A DNA stretch of 63,680 nucleotides, the filler included, from Choristocarpus tenellus KU-1152 (taxonomy: Eukaryota; Protista; Phaeophyceae): NCBI GenBank assembly GCA_964200185.2. It is 11 parts of 11 records of this genome, joined end to end, with 100 filler letters (N's around TTAATTAATTAA, not from the genome) between each part and the next. Parts side by side here need not be neighbours in the genome. Positions count along the whole stretch, not along the records: positions 34,479 to 41,403 come from CAXNAD020007046.1; positions 41,504 to 47,257 come from CAXNAD020009839.1; positions 47,358 to 54,448 come from CAXNAD020006719.1; 8 more parts are not named here. One strand, written 5' to 3'. Under the pieces are notes generated by a model that searched no databases, had not been told where the DNA came from, and saw nothing but the letters and a program-made list of their open reading frames with translations. Made by a program: the position numbers and the translations under genes. This document shows positions 37,630-49,460 of the stretch, one piece after another (positions within the stretch are counted from its first letter, which is position 1; the number at the start of each line of letters is the position of its first letter).

Positions 37630-38251
37630 CCATCTTGGTTGGATCGATCTGGACTAAATAGAGGACTATCCATCACTTTCAACTACCTTAGCACGGCCAG
37701 AACATTATGTTTGAACAGGGCCAATCCATGGCTGGCCATCAACTGCTTCAACGCAGTCTGGCTGCAGACCGGTCAGGTACCAATATATTCTTCCAGGTTC
37801 AATCCATGGTCATCAACAGTTTTAACATGCCCAGGACACGAGCTAGATCACAGTCGTAGCTTAACCCACAACGATGTTAACTTGCCGAACTAAAGAAACC
37901 CTCTGGTAGTATTGCTCCTCTTATTCCAACTCAAGAGAGAGCAAGGAACACCTCCACAGACCAGTGGTCAGGGGGGTGAAGTTGGTAGAGCCCGACGTGC
38001 TGTTTGGTCGCCATTCTTATACTCCAGTTCAATACTTCTACTGATGCTTATTTTCTTTTCCTCCGGATCTCTCTTCAAGAATAGCGGCGTGAGTGTTTCA
38101 CTATCCATGTCAGATTACAGTTCATCTTACCCTTACCCTAACCCTAACCTTGACATGATGCGGAACGATTCCATTCCTTTGTTCAACACCACACTAGTGG
38201 AACCAAGCGCCATCACAACAACCCTTGACCGGAACATCTTGGTAACAAAAG

Positions 38252-38516
38252 GAGTCAAACCTTTTAAGAGGGTAGTACCGTGTTCATTTGGGGTCCAAAA
38301 CCCAATGTTACGATCTTGTTGTAACTGTGGGTAACACGGTTGTTAGGAAGTGTCAATAACCTTGTTCCGGACGCACCTTTTTATAGTCACACACAATTGT
38401 TAGATAACTTTGTTCACACATAAAAACCGAAAAAGGGAATAAAAAACGCGTGGGAAGCCAAGTCCCTAACACAGACAAACAGGGTAAAACTCCTACCCTC
38501 TTAAATGGTTTGGGTC
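38252..38516 (+). mobile_element. MITE family A variant
   Basis: GAGTCAAACCTTTTAAGAGGGTAG / CTACCCTCTTAAATGGTTTGGGTC; flanks AAG/ATG. Confidence 0.85.
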
Positions 38517-38959
38517 ATGTACAAGTAATAGCAAATGGAATTCGCTTACAGCAAACCCTCCACTCACAGGGTCTTCACAGGTATTCCCAGGGCGTTATTG
38601 TTCCTGCCTATACTTCACAGAAAGAGTCAGCAGAGCAGGCAGTGGAGCATTTTGCTCAGACCACCAAGAATTGCAAAACATGAAAGAGTACTACTTCTTG
38701 TTTAGACCTTCCATATTTTATACCCTCAAGAGCAAAACATTACCTGCCATGGAAGCAATCAGAGCTCGTTGACTACAAAAAAATGAAACACTTTTTTTTT
38801 ATTCACAAATTAACACTCGATCTTCCTCAAGAATATAGAAATAGAAAGAAAGATAAAAAATAAAAAAATGAATCCTTTTTTTTTATGTATCACAATAGCT
38901 GTTCCCTCTAAGTAGAGATTAAACACTCTCTGTGCTCCCTTTTTCTAGACACGGTAGTC

Positions 38960-39315
38960 TAGTCATTCATCCATACAATTCAGTCATTCATCCATACAAT
39001 TTAGTCATTCACCCATACAATTCAGTCATTCATCAATACAATTTAGTCATTCATCAATACAATTTAGTCATTCATCCATACAATTTAGTCATTCACCCAT
39101 ACAATTTAGTCATTCACCCATACAATTCAGTCATTCATCAATACAATTTAGTCATTCATCCATACAATTTAGTCATTCACCCATACAATTTAGTCATTCA
39201 TCCATACAATTTAGTCATTCACCCATACAATTTAGTCATTCATCCATACAATTTAGTCATTCACCCATACAATTTAGTCATTCACCCATACAATTTAGTC
39301 ATTCATCAATACAAT
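38960..39315. repeat. 21-bp minisatellite, ~17 copies ((T/C)AGTCATTCA(T/C)C(C/A)ATACAATT)
   Basis: Head-to-tail units with no spacers and three variable positions. Confidence 0.96.
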
Positions 39316-39402
39316 GTTTCTTCGATGTCGACACCTGGTGCAGGGGAAGGTAGGGTCTTTCTTGTACAGAAAGAGCATTCAGGGTTAGGGTTTGTTGTGC
39401 TT

Positions 39403-39432
39403 GTGTGTTTGTGTGTGTGTGTGTGTGTGTGT
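39403..39432. repeat. (GT)n microsatellite
   Basis: Direct reading. Confidence 0.9.
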
Positions 39433-39736
39433 CTTGTGTCTTTGCCTTTGTACCTTCTCAGACACCGGTTTGCTACACGTTGGCATACTGCGCTCGGCCC
39501 TTGTCTTCCTGAGAGATGGGCAGAGCAAAAGATGCTGTGATAGCCTGGATCGACTCATCTCACTGGAGCAGAATGGGCAAGATGACCTGCGCGGGATGGG
39601 GATATAGCAAAAAAACAAAAATAAAAATAAAAATAAAAATAAACAAGTTGGGGTGCGGGGGGTAAGGTGGGTAGAGAGTGGAGCAAATGCATCCTATTGG
39701 CTCAATGAGGATTTTTAAAAAAGCAGTGCAAAGTTT

Positions 39737-39995
39737 GAGTCGAAGTATCTTAGGGTTAAGGTAGAGTCGCGTCCATTTGGGAGCCAATATTCAACTTTGC
39801 GATTTTGATGTAATTTTGGCTTTCGTATTTGTTAGGAAGTGTCAATATCCTTCTTCTGGACACGTTTTGTAACGTATACATCTGACCTAATCCAAAACAT
39901 TTTGGAGTAGGAAAATGTAATAAGAAACCCATGGGAAGCCAAGCCCCAAATGGACAAACAGGGAAAAACTCATACCCTCTACGATACTTTCACTC
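39737..39995 (+). mobile_element. MITE family A, TSD TTT
   Basis: GAGTCGAAGTATCTTAGGG / CCCTCTACGATACTTTCACTC. Confidence 0.92.
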
Positions 39996-40772
39996 TTTAC
40001 CTATTAGTGGTAATAGTGGTGTTGAAGATTGTTCGAACACCGAACATCTCTCTTAGAAGTAACATCTCTCTTAGAAGTAACAACAACACAAGGGTTACAT
40101 TCGGGACGGGACCGACGTTGTGCCGTAACGAATCGCGAATTACGGAACAGAAAACGAAAGAAAGAAAAATATATACTTCTGACTAGAAACAACAAAAAAA
40201 AGGTTATAATAACTTTTTTCCTCAATAAAACCAAGTAAAATGTTTCGCAATGCAGTGAGCTAGTGAGATAGTGAAGTAAAACAAGCAGAAAAAAAAAAGT
40301 TATGTATATACATATATATCCTTTGTTACGTTTATTTATCCACTGTTTAGCTCAACAGAAAAAGCGACAATCTGAATATCAAAGCACAACATTGGGGGAA
40401 GGGGGCAGAGGATGCCATCTCAATCAGTCTGTTACATTAGGAGTGCCGTGACGGCGAGCAAGAGCCAGAGAACCAAACATAAAAGAAGAAAAAAATTGCA
40501 TCAATCTGATCTTGAGGACAAATTGGAGATCCCCCCAAACCACTTCCGGAGATCAGCAGATCAGTTTGACATCATAAGGTGTATCGCCAGTGTGCACATA
40601 TAACAATATATATACATATATGTATGTATCAATAACTTCATACCAACTCCATGAAGTCTTTTTGATACATGTCAAGTTTTTTTTTAGATATGTATCAAGA
40701 AATTCCTTCACGGAAACACCGCCGTCCTGCCAACTCCATCAAGTCTTTTCTGCCTTCCCTGGTCAGAGCTTA

Positions 40773-41238
40773 GAGCCAGAAAGTATCTTAGAGGGTAGAG
40801 CTGCGTCCATTTTGGGACCCAAAATCCAACATTGCAATTTTTAGTGTTATCTCGGCTATCGTTCTTGTTAGGAGATGTCAATGTCCTTGTTCCGGACGCT
40901 CCTTTTCATAACGTACACATTTTACCTACTCATCGAAATATTTTTACCCTGCTGTCAAAAGGTTGCACAACATTCTAACTTTGGACACCACACAGCTGTG
41001 TAAGTCTGTATTGCCGTGTGATTCCGAATCAGCTCTCACACTGCCAAATCGTCACGATGAAAAAGAAGATAGGTAAATAAATAATAAATAAATAAAAAGT
41101 AATACGTATGTAGTACGGAATTGAGACCAAAAAAATATTCTTGGAGTAGGTACAAAATGTCATTAAAAACATGTGGGCAGTTAAACCCCAAATGGACAAA
41201 CAGGAAAAAAACTCGTACCCTCTAAGATACTTTCAATC
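40773..41238 (+). mobile_element. MITE family A, long form with ~200 extra bp in the central palindrome, TSD TTA
   Basis: Both arms are colinear with family A, and the extra sequence lies between CCTACTC and GAGTAGG. Target context is C-TTA-G. Confidence 0.9.
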
Positions 41239-41403
41239 TTAGTCTTCCACCGATAAAACAAACATTTCCCCTCCTACCTCCTCCCCAACGAATTCAGGCT
41301 CACCTCTGCCGCTCTACATTATCACTGCCCACACTCCCCCCTCCCCCGCCCCCACTCTCCTTCACCCCATCCACTTGCCCCTCAATCCCAATTCCCCTCC
41401 CCC

Positions 41404-41503
41404 NNNNNNNNNNNNNNNNNNNNNNNNNNNNNNNNNNNNNNNNNNNNTTAATTAATTAANNNNNNNNNNNNNNNNNNNNNNNNNNNNNNNNNNNNNNNNN
41501 NNN
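41404..41503. other. Artificial contig-joining spacer
   Basis: 44N-TTAATTAATTAA-44N. Confidence 0.97.
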
Positions 41504-44164
41504 CCTGGGGGGGGAGCTAAGGAAGCATCCCAAGAATCCAACAGACCCCTCCTTGCCCATCTCCCTGGTGACTCTATCGTTTAGATATGTAGTATGTTAC
41601 ATCAATGATGTCACTACAAACTTAAGAACATTTAAAACTACTAGAGTTGAAATATCTGATCTCCTTCTCCACTACTTACACATATAGAGATCCCCTGTAA
41701 CACACTCCACCCCTCCTTCCACCCAAACACACCTCATCCCCGCCCTTCCTCGCCTGGTGGTGCTGGAACACGGTATGATGTATGTATTGGTGAGTTACTA
41801 GGTAGTGGAGATTCTCCTTTTTTTCTCTCCAAGTCACAGAACCTCCCCACCCCTCCTCCTTTCCGAATGGTGTTGCTGCGGCGTAGTATTTCTTAAGTTA
41901 AGGAGAACTCTTTTTTCACCCATCATACACGTGGTGGGCGTTCTCATGGCTCAGTAGTTTATTGTTAATTTAGTTGATGGGTTCGAACTTACTCGGCGCC
42001 AGATTTCTTGTCACGGAAATCTGATTTTCATCATGCTATTCCATGTGTCAAAGCTCAACGGATTGTACATCTACTACCTGTAATATCCTGTCTGTGGTAA
42101 TACCACAAAAAGGCCAGACTAAGATCAAGGTTGAGAAGATTTGAGGGAGGAGATCAAGCGACAAGTGGTGGGGTTGCTGAACCCAACGCCCGAGAATAGC
42201 AAGCCAGGAATGGAGGCAGTATCATTGTTTGTAGTGCAACAGTTAGTTACAAGGCCACTCAGTAGTTAGCATGAGAAAATGTGCAGTGAATCGTGCCTCT
42301 GACCAAGGGTTGGGATAATCCCCAGACTGATGTTATGCAAAATAAATAAATAAGTAAATAAATAAATAAATAAATAAATCACACCACCCTCTCCCTTTAT
42401 GTCCCTTTCCTCTTCTTGCAAGTGCTGCTTGAGCAATAATAATGATATATGTGTGTGTGGTTTCTAGATGACAAATATATCTTCTCCTCCTCCTGTCCTC
42501 CTCTTTCCCCCCAACCAAGCACAGCCTCCCTGGGCTTACCCAGTCACAAACACTGGCTTCTGTCCCTTTCTTCTGGTCTGGTGCCTGCGGACCACATAGG
42601 TACTAGCTACCTGTACAGAGTTATCATCCTCTCCCCCCTCGAGCACAACGCCCCCCCCTCTCTGTTACCTGCACAGCTCTGCTGTGGGTATGAGAGGCAT
42701 GCAGTAGCCCATCCTTGTCATGGAAGGTTCAGATAGTGGCCCACTATGGTTGCTGCAACTGAGACACATAGACAGACCCAGGTGTTTGCATCATGTTCAC
42801 CTTAGTGATGAGTACGGTAATTCTGAAGAAGATGGGTGGCTTTCTCTAGAAAAACAAAAAAGCGTAAAGTATATATGCCCACCATCAACGCTTTGAACAT
42901 GTTGGGAGATATGATGAAGGGAAGTAAGTCCTTACCCCCCATCATGCATCCACATAGACCTTGACTGACTCCATCACGTTGACCATTTTGAAAGGCTAAA
43001 AATTAGTAGCAAAAAGGTAATTGAGTCATCAGGATGCATCAGCACAAACCCCGCCCCATTGTACCTAATGAGGCACTGGGAACAATAACGAGTGCGAAAA
43101 AGAGCAGCGAACTGTTTTAGACAGCTAACAACTAACAAGGGCCACTCGGGATACTAATTGGAGACCAAGCCAAACATACCTGGCAAAACTCCTTGCCTGG
43201 CCAGTGCACCAACCAGTTGCAGCAAGCGAAGTCAAGTACCCCTGAATGATCCCTTTGGATTCTGGAGATTAGCGAAGAATTTGTGCAGCTTACAATTGCG
43301 CGACATGGGGTGTGAACAAGGACATCAAATTTGAGATAATTTCTGTGGTGTGAAGCACAGCATTTAAAGTTCGCAAAGACGACTTTTTTGGGGGAAATTG
43401 GAGCTCGGTTTTCTACTTTTGTGTGCACTTTCTAGACCCGCGAATAGAGGGATCCCAACGGAATCCTCTTGACTGAGTAGGTTGCAATTGTCAACACATT
43501 CTTAAGTGTACGCAAGGAATAAGGGTCCCACTCTTACTTGGGCAACTGGGGGAAGATAGGGTACTTCTTCTTCATATGTTCCCACTCGACAGGTTAACCA
43601 CCGTATTGTACATAACATGACAACATACTCAGTCTTGTTGATGGAATTAGGTCACCGTATAGTGTCGGTATTGGTCCATCCCTAGGTTAATTTGTTCCCA
43701 ATCATAAGGGCTGCCTCTTACGTTGTAAGTTAATATCTCCATTTCTCTGCCATATAATTGTGCCTTCTTCCCTATATGGCAACATCTGCAAAATGTGAGT
43801 GATCAAACTAATATAATTGGGTCACAGAAAATTCTCAAATCCAGGCATATGTTCCATACTTCTCAGGGTGTACGTGACTGATAGTTGTTCTGATTCTTGA
43901 TTTGAGAAAAGGGAGTAAATACTACATATTATGATAATGGTTGTTATATTTGCAACATGTTAGAGGGGATAATAATAGTACCTACCTCATTCTTCTGAAT
44001 TCGGAATTTTTGAGTCAAAACAACTGAAAGTTAGCCAGGGTTGCATCTCAAGGATTCTGAGAAAGGGAAAAATATACCATATTATACAATTCCAGAAATA
44101 GCGTTTGCTAAATTGTGGTGTGAAATGTACGTGGAAAGGGGGAATATCAATTTTGAAAACAATA

Positions 44165-44872
44165 AAGTTCATGAAGTAATCTGAGTTTTGCGGACAGGAG
44201 AATTCTGGTAGGACGGACGTATAGGGAAGGGAGGGTGATTAGGGAAAAATAAAAATATCAAAGGGTGGACGAAGAGCTAAGTACTGAGTGACTAGGAGGC
44301 AGAAGAGGTGGAAGAGAAGTTAAAAGGAATGGGTGATAGGAAGAAGCACGAGGTGCGAAGGAATGATGGTCAGAACGCAAGGAAAACCAGAGGATGGTGA
44401 TACGGGACAAGCAGGCCTAGAACAAGACAACCTCTGAGCAATCTCTCCCCCCACCCACCCTGTTGATTGCTCATGACCGACTGGGATGTTGGTTAGGGGG
44501 GGGAGGGGTTGAATTCGGGTGAGGTAGATGTCTTCTAGTTCAAAGGCATGGTCTGTAGTGGGTGATGAAGGGGTGTTGTGTTGTGGAGTGCTGTTGGGTG
44601 GTGTGGGGGTGCAGAAAGTGGTGGAAAGTGTAGGGAGGTTGAGTAGTGTTGAATGTTGTGGGGTTGGGTGGGGTTGGGTGGGGTTGAAGGATGAGGTGGT
44701 GACTGGAAATCAGTGGCGAAGGGGGTTCGCACTGGTTGGTCATTGCATGGGGTGGTGACTGGAAATCAGTGGCAAAAGAGGTTTGCACTGGTTGGTCACA
44801 AATGGCGAGGAGGAGAATGGGTGGAATACAAAAATAGAAAAAAATAACGATCCAGAATTCGTGAACAAAGCT
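44165..44872. repeat. Second copy of the unclassified interspersed repeat at 12240-13090
   Basis: Shared blocks such as AGTACTG.GT..CTAGGAGGCAGAAGAGGT, GGTAGATGTCTTCTAGTTCAAAGGCA and GTGACTGGAAATC. Only ~2 minisatellite units. Confidence 0.8.
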
Positions 44873-44873
44873 T

Positions 44874-44982
44874 AACTATTGTGCACATAGAGCAATGCAA
44901 TAGAGTGTATTGCACAGGGCGAGAGAGATGGCTTAGAGTGCAAAAGGGTTCAAACCTGCCTATCTCTCAATTGATTTGACTC
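44874..44982 (+). mobile_element. MITE family B, right half only
   Basis: AACTATTGTGCACAT...CAAACCTGCCTATCTCTCAATTGATTTGACTC. Confidence 0.8.
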
Positions 44983-47011
44983 TCTACCGGATTCCTTTCG
45001 TAGATTGTGGGCTTATCTCTAGTGTTGCAAGTAAGGTTTTGGTGTAGTTGATATAGTGTGACTAAGAATGAGACCGTTCATGGGAAATGTGGAATTTGTT
45101 GTACTATTATTCAGGTAAGTTTTTGGAATTATACTGCTCCATTACTGGCCGCCGATTTCGAACTCTCTGGAATTTCTGGATTTCCCGATTAGTTGGCCTG
45201 CTGGGCTATATTCTATTAGTACATTGGTTGGCTCTCTTGAACACAAGAATATCGTTTCGTGTTCCTGTCATTCTTTTGTACAACCTCGGAAGGGTCTTGG
45301 TGTCATTATTGCTCAACAAGGGGGAAAATGGGTACAACCGTAACTGTACTGTCAAAAACAGAACTCCAACCGTAGACCAGAACATATATTAAGATCAAAT
45401 ATAAAATATAACGGAAACTATACTTGGGTATGTTGATGTTTCTGTAAAACTGCAAACTTCCCTTCGCAATATTTTCTTACACTGACAAATACAACTACGG
45501 TCATTGTGGCCGTGTCAACACATCTCACTGTTGCAAAATATACCAATATATATATACATATAATATGCGGTGTGACAACCTTCACTACCGACTGGCGGAA
45601 ACCGACCGAACAGTGAGTCAAAGAAAGTGTTGCATCTCAAGATCTGAGCAAATATGTTTAGGACATTTTCCGAACTATGTCGAAGTCTTTCAAACAATGG
45701 ACATTAATTCCTCTCGCGCAAAACTTAGCACTTTCACCCATAGAAATATTGATGAATGCTAAAAGATCGAAAAAATGGCTTAAAATGCATGATGTCCAAA
45801 AACTGGGTATGTCTCATTTACTTTTGGTCAGTGGAAGTGCAATTATGTACGGCACTGAAAAAAAAAATGACACCCCCTTTTGTTTATCTTCAGTGATGCT
45901 GTCTGTCTCATCCTGAAATATGTCGTAGGTATGCATGCATGCGTGTGTGTTGCTCTACAACATCACCGCTAGATGTCTATCTGCAGGCAGACTCGTAGAC
46001 TGGGAAGAAAGATATACACGGATTGTCTCATTTCGACAGAAGAGGTTGACATGATGAGTGGTACTGATCTTCTGATCAATAAGCAAGACCAATATTGTGG
46101 TGGTGGAAGGTCTCTGAGAGGGGAGTTTCAAATTGAGGTTCTGTTTTTATTCCTTTGGTGCCTTCTACCCTCGCCAAACTGCACGACAATTTACAGAAAT
46201 GTTATGGTTGAATGAAACTGTTCTTATATAGAGAGCTCTTCACGATTGGTGAACCAATTTGACCACATTTGTAATAGGGAACGAGTTATATGTCAAAATA
46301 TCTAAAGGCCCCTTCAACACTGATCAGAGGAATTGCATCTTTCTGTAAAGTGCAGTGTTTGGGACCAGTGAGTGTCCTGTTAAGAATTTTTGTCAGAATG
46401 GAATGAGAGCAAAGTTGGCGATTGTAAAAGTAGTGAAGTCAACAGTCATTCTTTGTGCACCCTCTTGTTATTAGTACATACTGGATTGCAATGAAAACAA
46501 CCCTAATTGCATATCTCACAATCAAGGGCATACATTTAATAGCTTTTGCTTGCACCTCTTCAATACCTCCTGATTGCAGCACAACAAAGCAGCATGTAAT
46601 CAGAGCCATTACAAATAGTACCACTACAGTGAACAGGTAGAATCAACTTGGTGTATCACAGAGAATCCCTGACAACACGATCTTCACCCTGAAATATACA
46701 AACCGATTGGGTGCACACCAGAAGTGAGTGGGGATTGAGAGAAGAATCTAGGAGGACCTCAATGCAACAGTCAAGATTCAGTAGTTGACCTGCATCTTGA
46801 AAGGAAACATAACTTTCCTCCAAGAAAGGTATGCTGAACGAATGATCATTTCAGTGCTAGCTACTGTGCAAGACTACAAACTGCTTGACTCAAAGCGTCC
46901 CACAACCTGCTTCAAAGTATGGCGTTTAGGCCATGCACTTGTGTAACAAAATGACAAGCCATGCATACACTCAGACGGGAATCAGACTACACCATACGCA
47001 CTCAGAACTTT

Positions 47012-47098
47012 TCACTTGTCCATGTCTTCATCAGATTCCTCCTCCTCTTCTTCCTCTTCGTCCTCCCCCTCATCTACTAATTCATTGAACATGAAGTC
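47012..47098 (-). CDS. Probable terminal exon encoding an acidic tail (DFMFNELVDEGEDEEEEEEEESDEDMDK*)
   Basis: cag| acceptor and 29 codons to TGA. Gene unidentified. Confidence 0.5.
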   Translation of the reverse strand, partial: DFMFNELVDEGEDEEEEEEEESDEDMDK

Positions 47099-47204
47099 CT
47101 GGATGGGTGATGACAGGTTTCCAGTGTTTATTGTCAGCATTGAGTAGAATAGATGTAAAGGGGTGGGGAGATCAGCATCCTAATCACAATGTGACTTGGC
47201 CATA

Positions 47205-47257
47205 GGGTCAAAGTATCTGGGGGGGGGGGGGGGGGGGGGGGGGCCGTTTTTTCCCCT
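47205..47257 (+). mobile_element. Family-D TIR end at contig break
   Basis: GGGTCAAAGTATCT + poly-G. Confidence 0.7.
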
Positions 47258-47357
47258 NNNNNNNNNNNNNNNNNNNNNNNNNNNNNNNNNNNNNNNNNNN
47301 NTTAATTAATTAANNNNNNNNNNNNNNNNNNNNNNNNNNNNNNNNNNNNNNNNNNNN
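47258..47357. other. Artificial contig-joining spacer
   Basis: 44N-TTAATTAATTAA-44N. Confidence 0.97.
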
Positions 47358-47823
47358 CCGAGATGAGTTAATGTCCCCTGACTGTTCGAGCCAGGGAGAG
47401 GACAGGAAGACCTTCTGGAAGGAGGGCTAAGGAGGGATCGGATATGGTATCGACCACAACTCCTCCCCCAACCGAATCTCGAGAGATGGAAGACATCAGT
47501 TCGAGACTGGACAGGTTGGAAGGCTTCATCAGGAGCTCTTATTTCGGTTACAGAAAATCACCCCTTGTGACTGTCTTCCCTTGTTTATTTTCATTCTGAA
47601 TTATTTTAATTTAAGTTTGTCCCCATCAGTCGTGTGTTTTAGTGCATGCCCACAGTAGTCAAGTGACAGCTTTGGTGTTGTATGCAGACTGACTTTAGAC
47701 AGAAGAGCTATTAAAGTCAGGGAGATATATATATATATATATATATATGAGAACTTTTTCCTCATTTTTGTGTGTATGGTATTTCGGTGATAAGTCAATT
47801 GATTATTACTACTCTTTTCCAAA

Positions 47824-48080
47824 GAGTGAAAGTATCTTAGATGGTACGAGTTTTTGCTCTGTTTGTCCATTTGGGACTTGGCTTGCCTTGGGGTTTTTAT
47901 GACATTTTACTACTCCAAAATATTTCGGAGTAGTTAATATGTGTACGTTTTGAAAAGGTGTTCAGAACAATGATATTGACACTTCCTAACAAACACGATA
48001 GCCAAAATTAGATCGAAATTTCAACATTGGATTTTGGCCCCCAAATGGACGCGTCTCTACCCTCTAAGATACTTTGGCTC
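47824..48080 (-). mobile_element. MITE family A, TSD AAA
   Basis: GAGTGAAAGTATCTTAGA / TCTAAGATACTTTGGCTC; target context C-AAA-G. Confidence 0.92.
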
Positions 48081-48459
48081 AAAGATCCACTTTAGGCGTT
48101 ACACTAGGGATATTTCCAGGATCGTGGGAGACGCATTTTGGTAAGGCTAAGGACCCACAGTAGAAACACCCGAGGATTTGTTCGTAGAGATTGTGATAGG
48201 ATAGGTAGGAAGTGAGAGTTCCACCATATTACTTTGTTCCGAAGATTTGTAATGGTGATGTACTAGGGAAGTTTCGTTGATTGTAGGAGACGCTGGATGT
48301 ATTGCTAAGGACCCTGCCATTTCATGGATTGTGGGAGACGCAATGAGACATCGTGAAGGACTTGAAGTAGAAAGTACCCCATTTAGAATTGATGACTAAT
48401 TTTTTGTACCTACACACAACCGATGTCAACATTGATATGGCATATGTCACTGCATTTTT

Positions 48460-49109
48460 ATTAGAGGCATTCTGGGGGAGATAGGCACACTACAGGCCCA
48501 GACTGCCTGGTTCTGTGATCAACCGTGGTGCTATTCAGGCGGGAAGCATTACAGGCTTCAATGGCAGGACTAAACATGTAGATATGAAGTTGAAGTGTAC
48601 CAGAGAGTATGTAGATCAAGGCATATTTCATATCGAGTATATTCCAACACGCAAGCAATTAGCAGATGTGTTAACCAAGTCTTCACGCAAGAGTTTTATT
48701 TCTGATTTTGTGCATTCAGTGCTTTCACGTCGAGAGTGAGCTTTAGTCAGCAACTTTGCTGCACGCTCATGGGGGAGTGTGCAATATAGGCTAGGAACTA
48801 TATACCGATTTATATCTTTAGTGAACAGTAGAATACAACGGACGTATTGACTGAGTAGATTAAAGGTCGGATTTGAATCTGTGTGTTTCAAGTCGCAGGT
48901 TCGAGTCTCGATGAATTGATATCTTATTTAGTTCAATATAATTGGCTGACGTAGTGCGACTGGCACAGACACATTTTGACGTGTCTGATGATGTGCGCAA
49001 TAGATAATAATGTAAGTAAGAGCACCCCACCACCAAGCCAAGGGCTGTGCTCACTCCGCTAATAAATAACAAGGGCTGTGCTCACTCCGCTAATAAATAA
49101 ATCCATACA
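48460..49109 (+). mobile_element. Ty1/Copia relic C: RNase H end, PPT (48771-48777) and 3' LTR (48778-49109)
   Basis: NRGAI..RTKHVDMK..EYIPTRKQLADVLTK*, then GGGGGAG directly followed by TG...CA. The LTR holds a 31-bp tandem duplication (49040-49100) containing AATAAA. Confidence 0.85.
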
Positions 49110-49427
49110 ACTTAAAGCAAAGACTCTATTGGAAGAGTTCTCTTTTGCATAGACTGCACTGTAGTTGGTCTCAGAAAAGTGTCCAACCAACCGAACCCCC
49201 CACTGCACTCCTGAGCACACCTTTACTCTGACACACCTGGTTTGCTGCCAGTGTTGCCCTATGCCCAGTCTCCATCAGACCCAGGCATGGATTCTCAATC
49301 CTTATGTGCCCCTCTACCTCTTGAGCTGTGTGATCAGGAGCTTGTTGAGTGGTGCTGGCGAGCTTGTGCAGCGCATCTCTAGCTAGGAGGTATGCCAGGC
49401 TATGAACGGCAGGTATACTGCTATAAC

Positions 49428-49460
49428 TTAGGGTTAGGGTTTAGATTAGGGTTAGGGTTT
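49428..49460 (+). repeat. Interstitial telomere-like repeat (TTAGGG, degenerate, ~5 units)
   Basis: TTAGGGTTAGGGTTTAGATTAGGGTTAGGGTTT. Confidence 0.75.

Noticed and set aside
38932-39540. CRISPR-like array or VIHPYNL repeat protein
   Set aside because: Units are contiguous with no unique spacers and no cas genes. The ORF is a by-product of a stop-free 21-mer.
43132-43900. Possible dioxygenase- or TE-like coding relic
   Set aside because: Resemblance too weak, with many stops and no intact motif.
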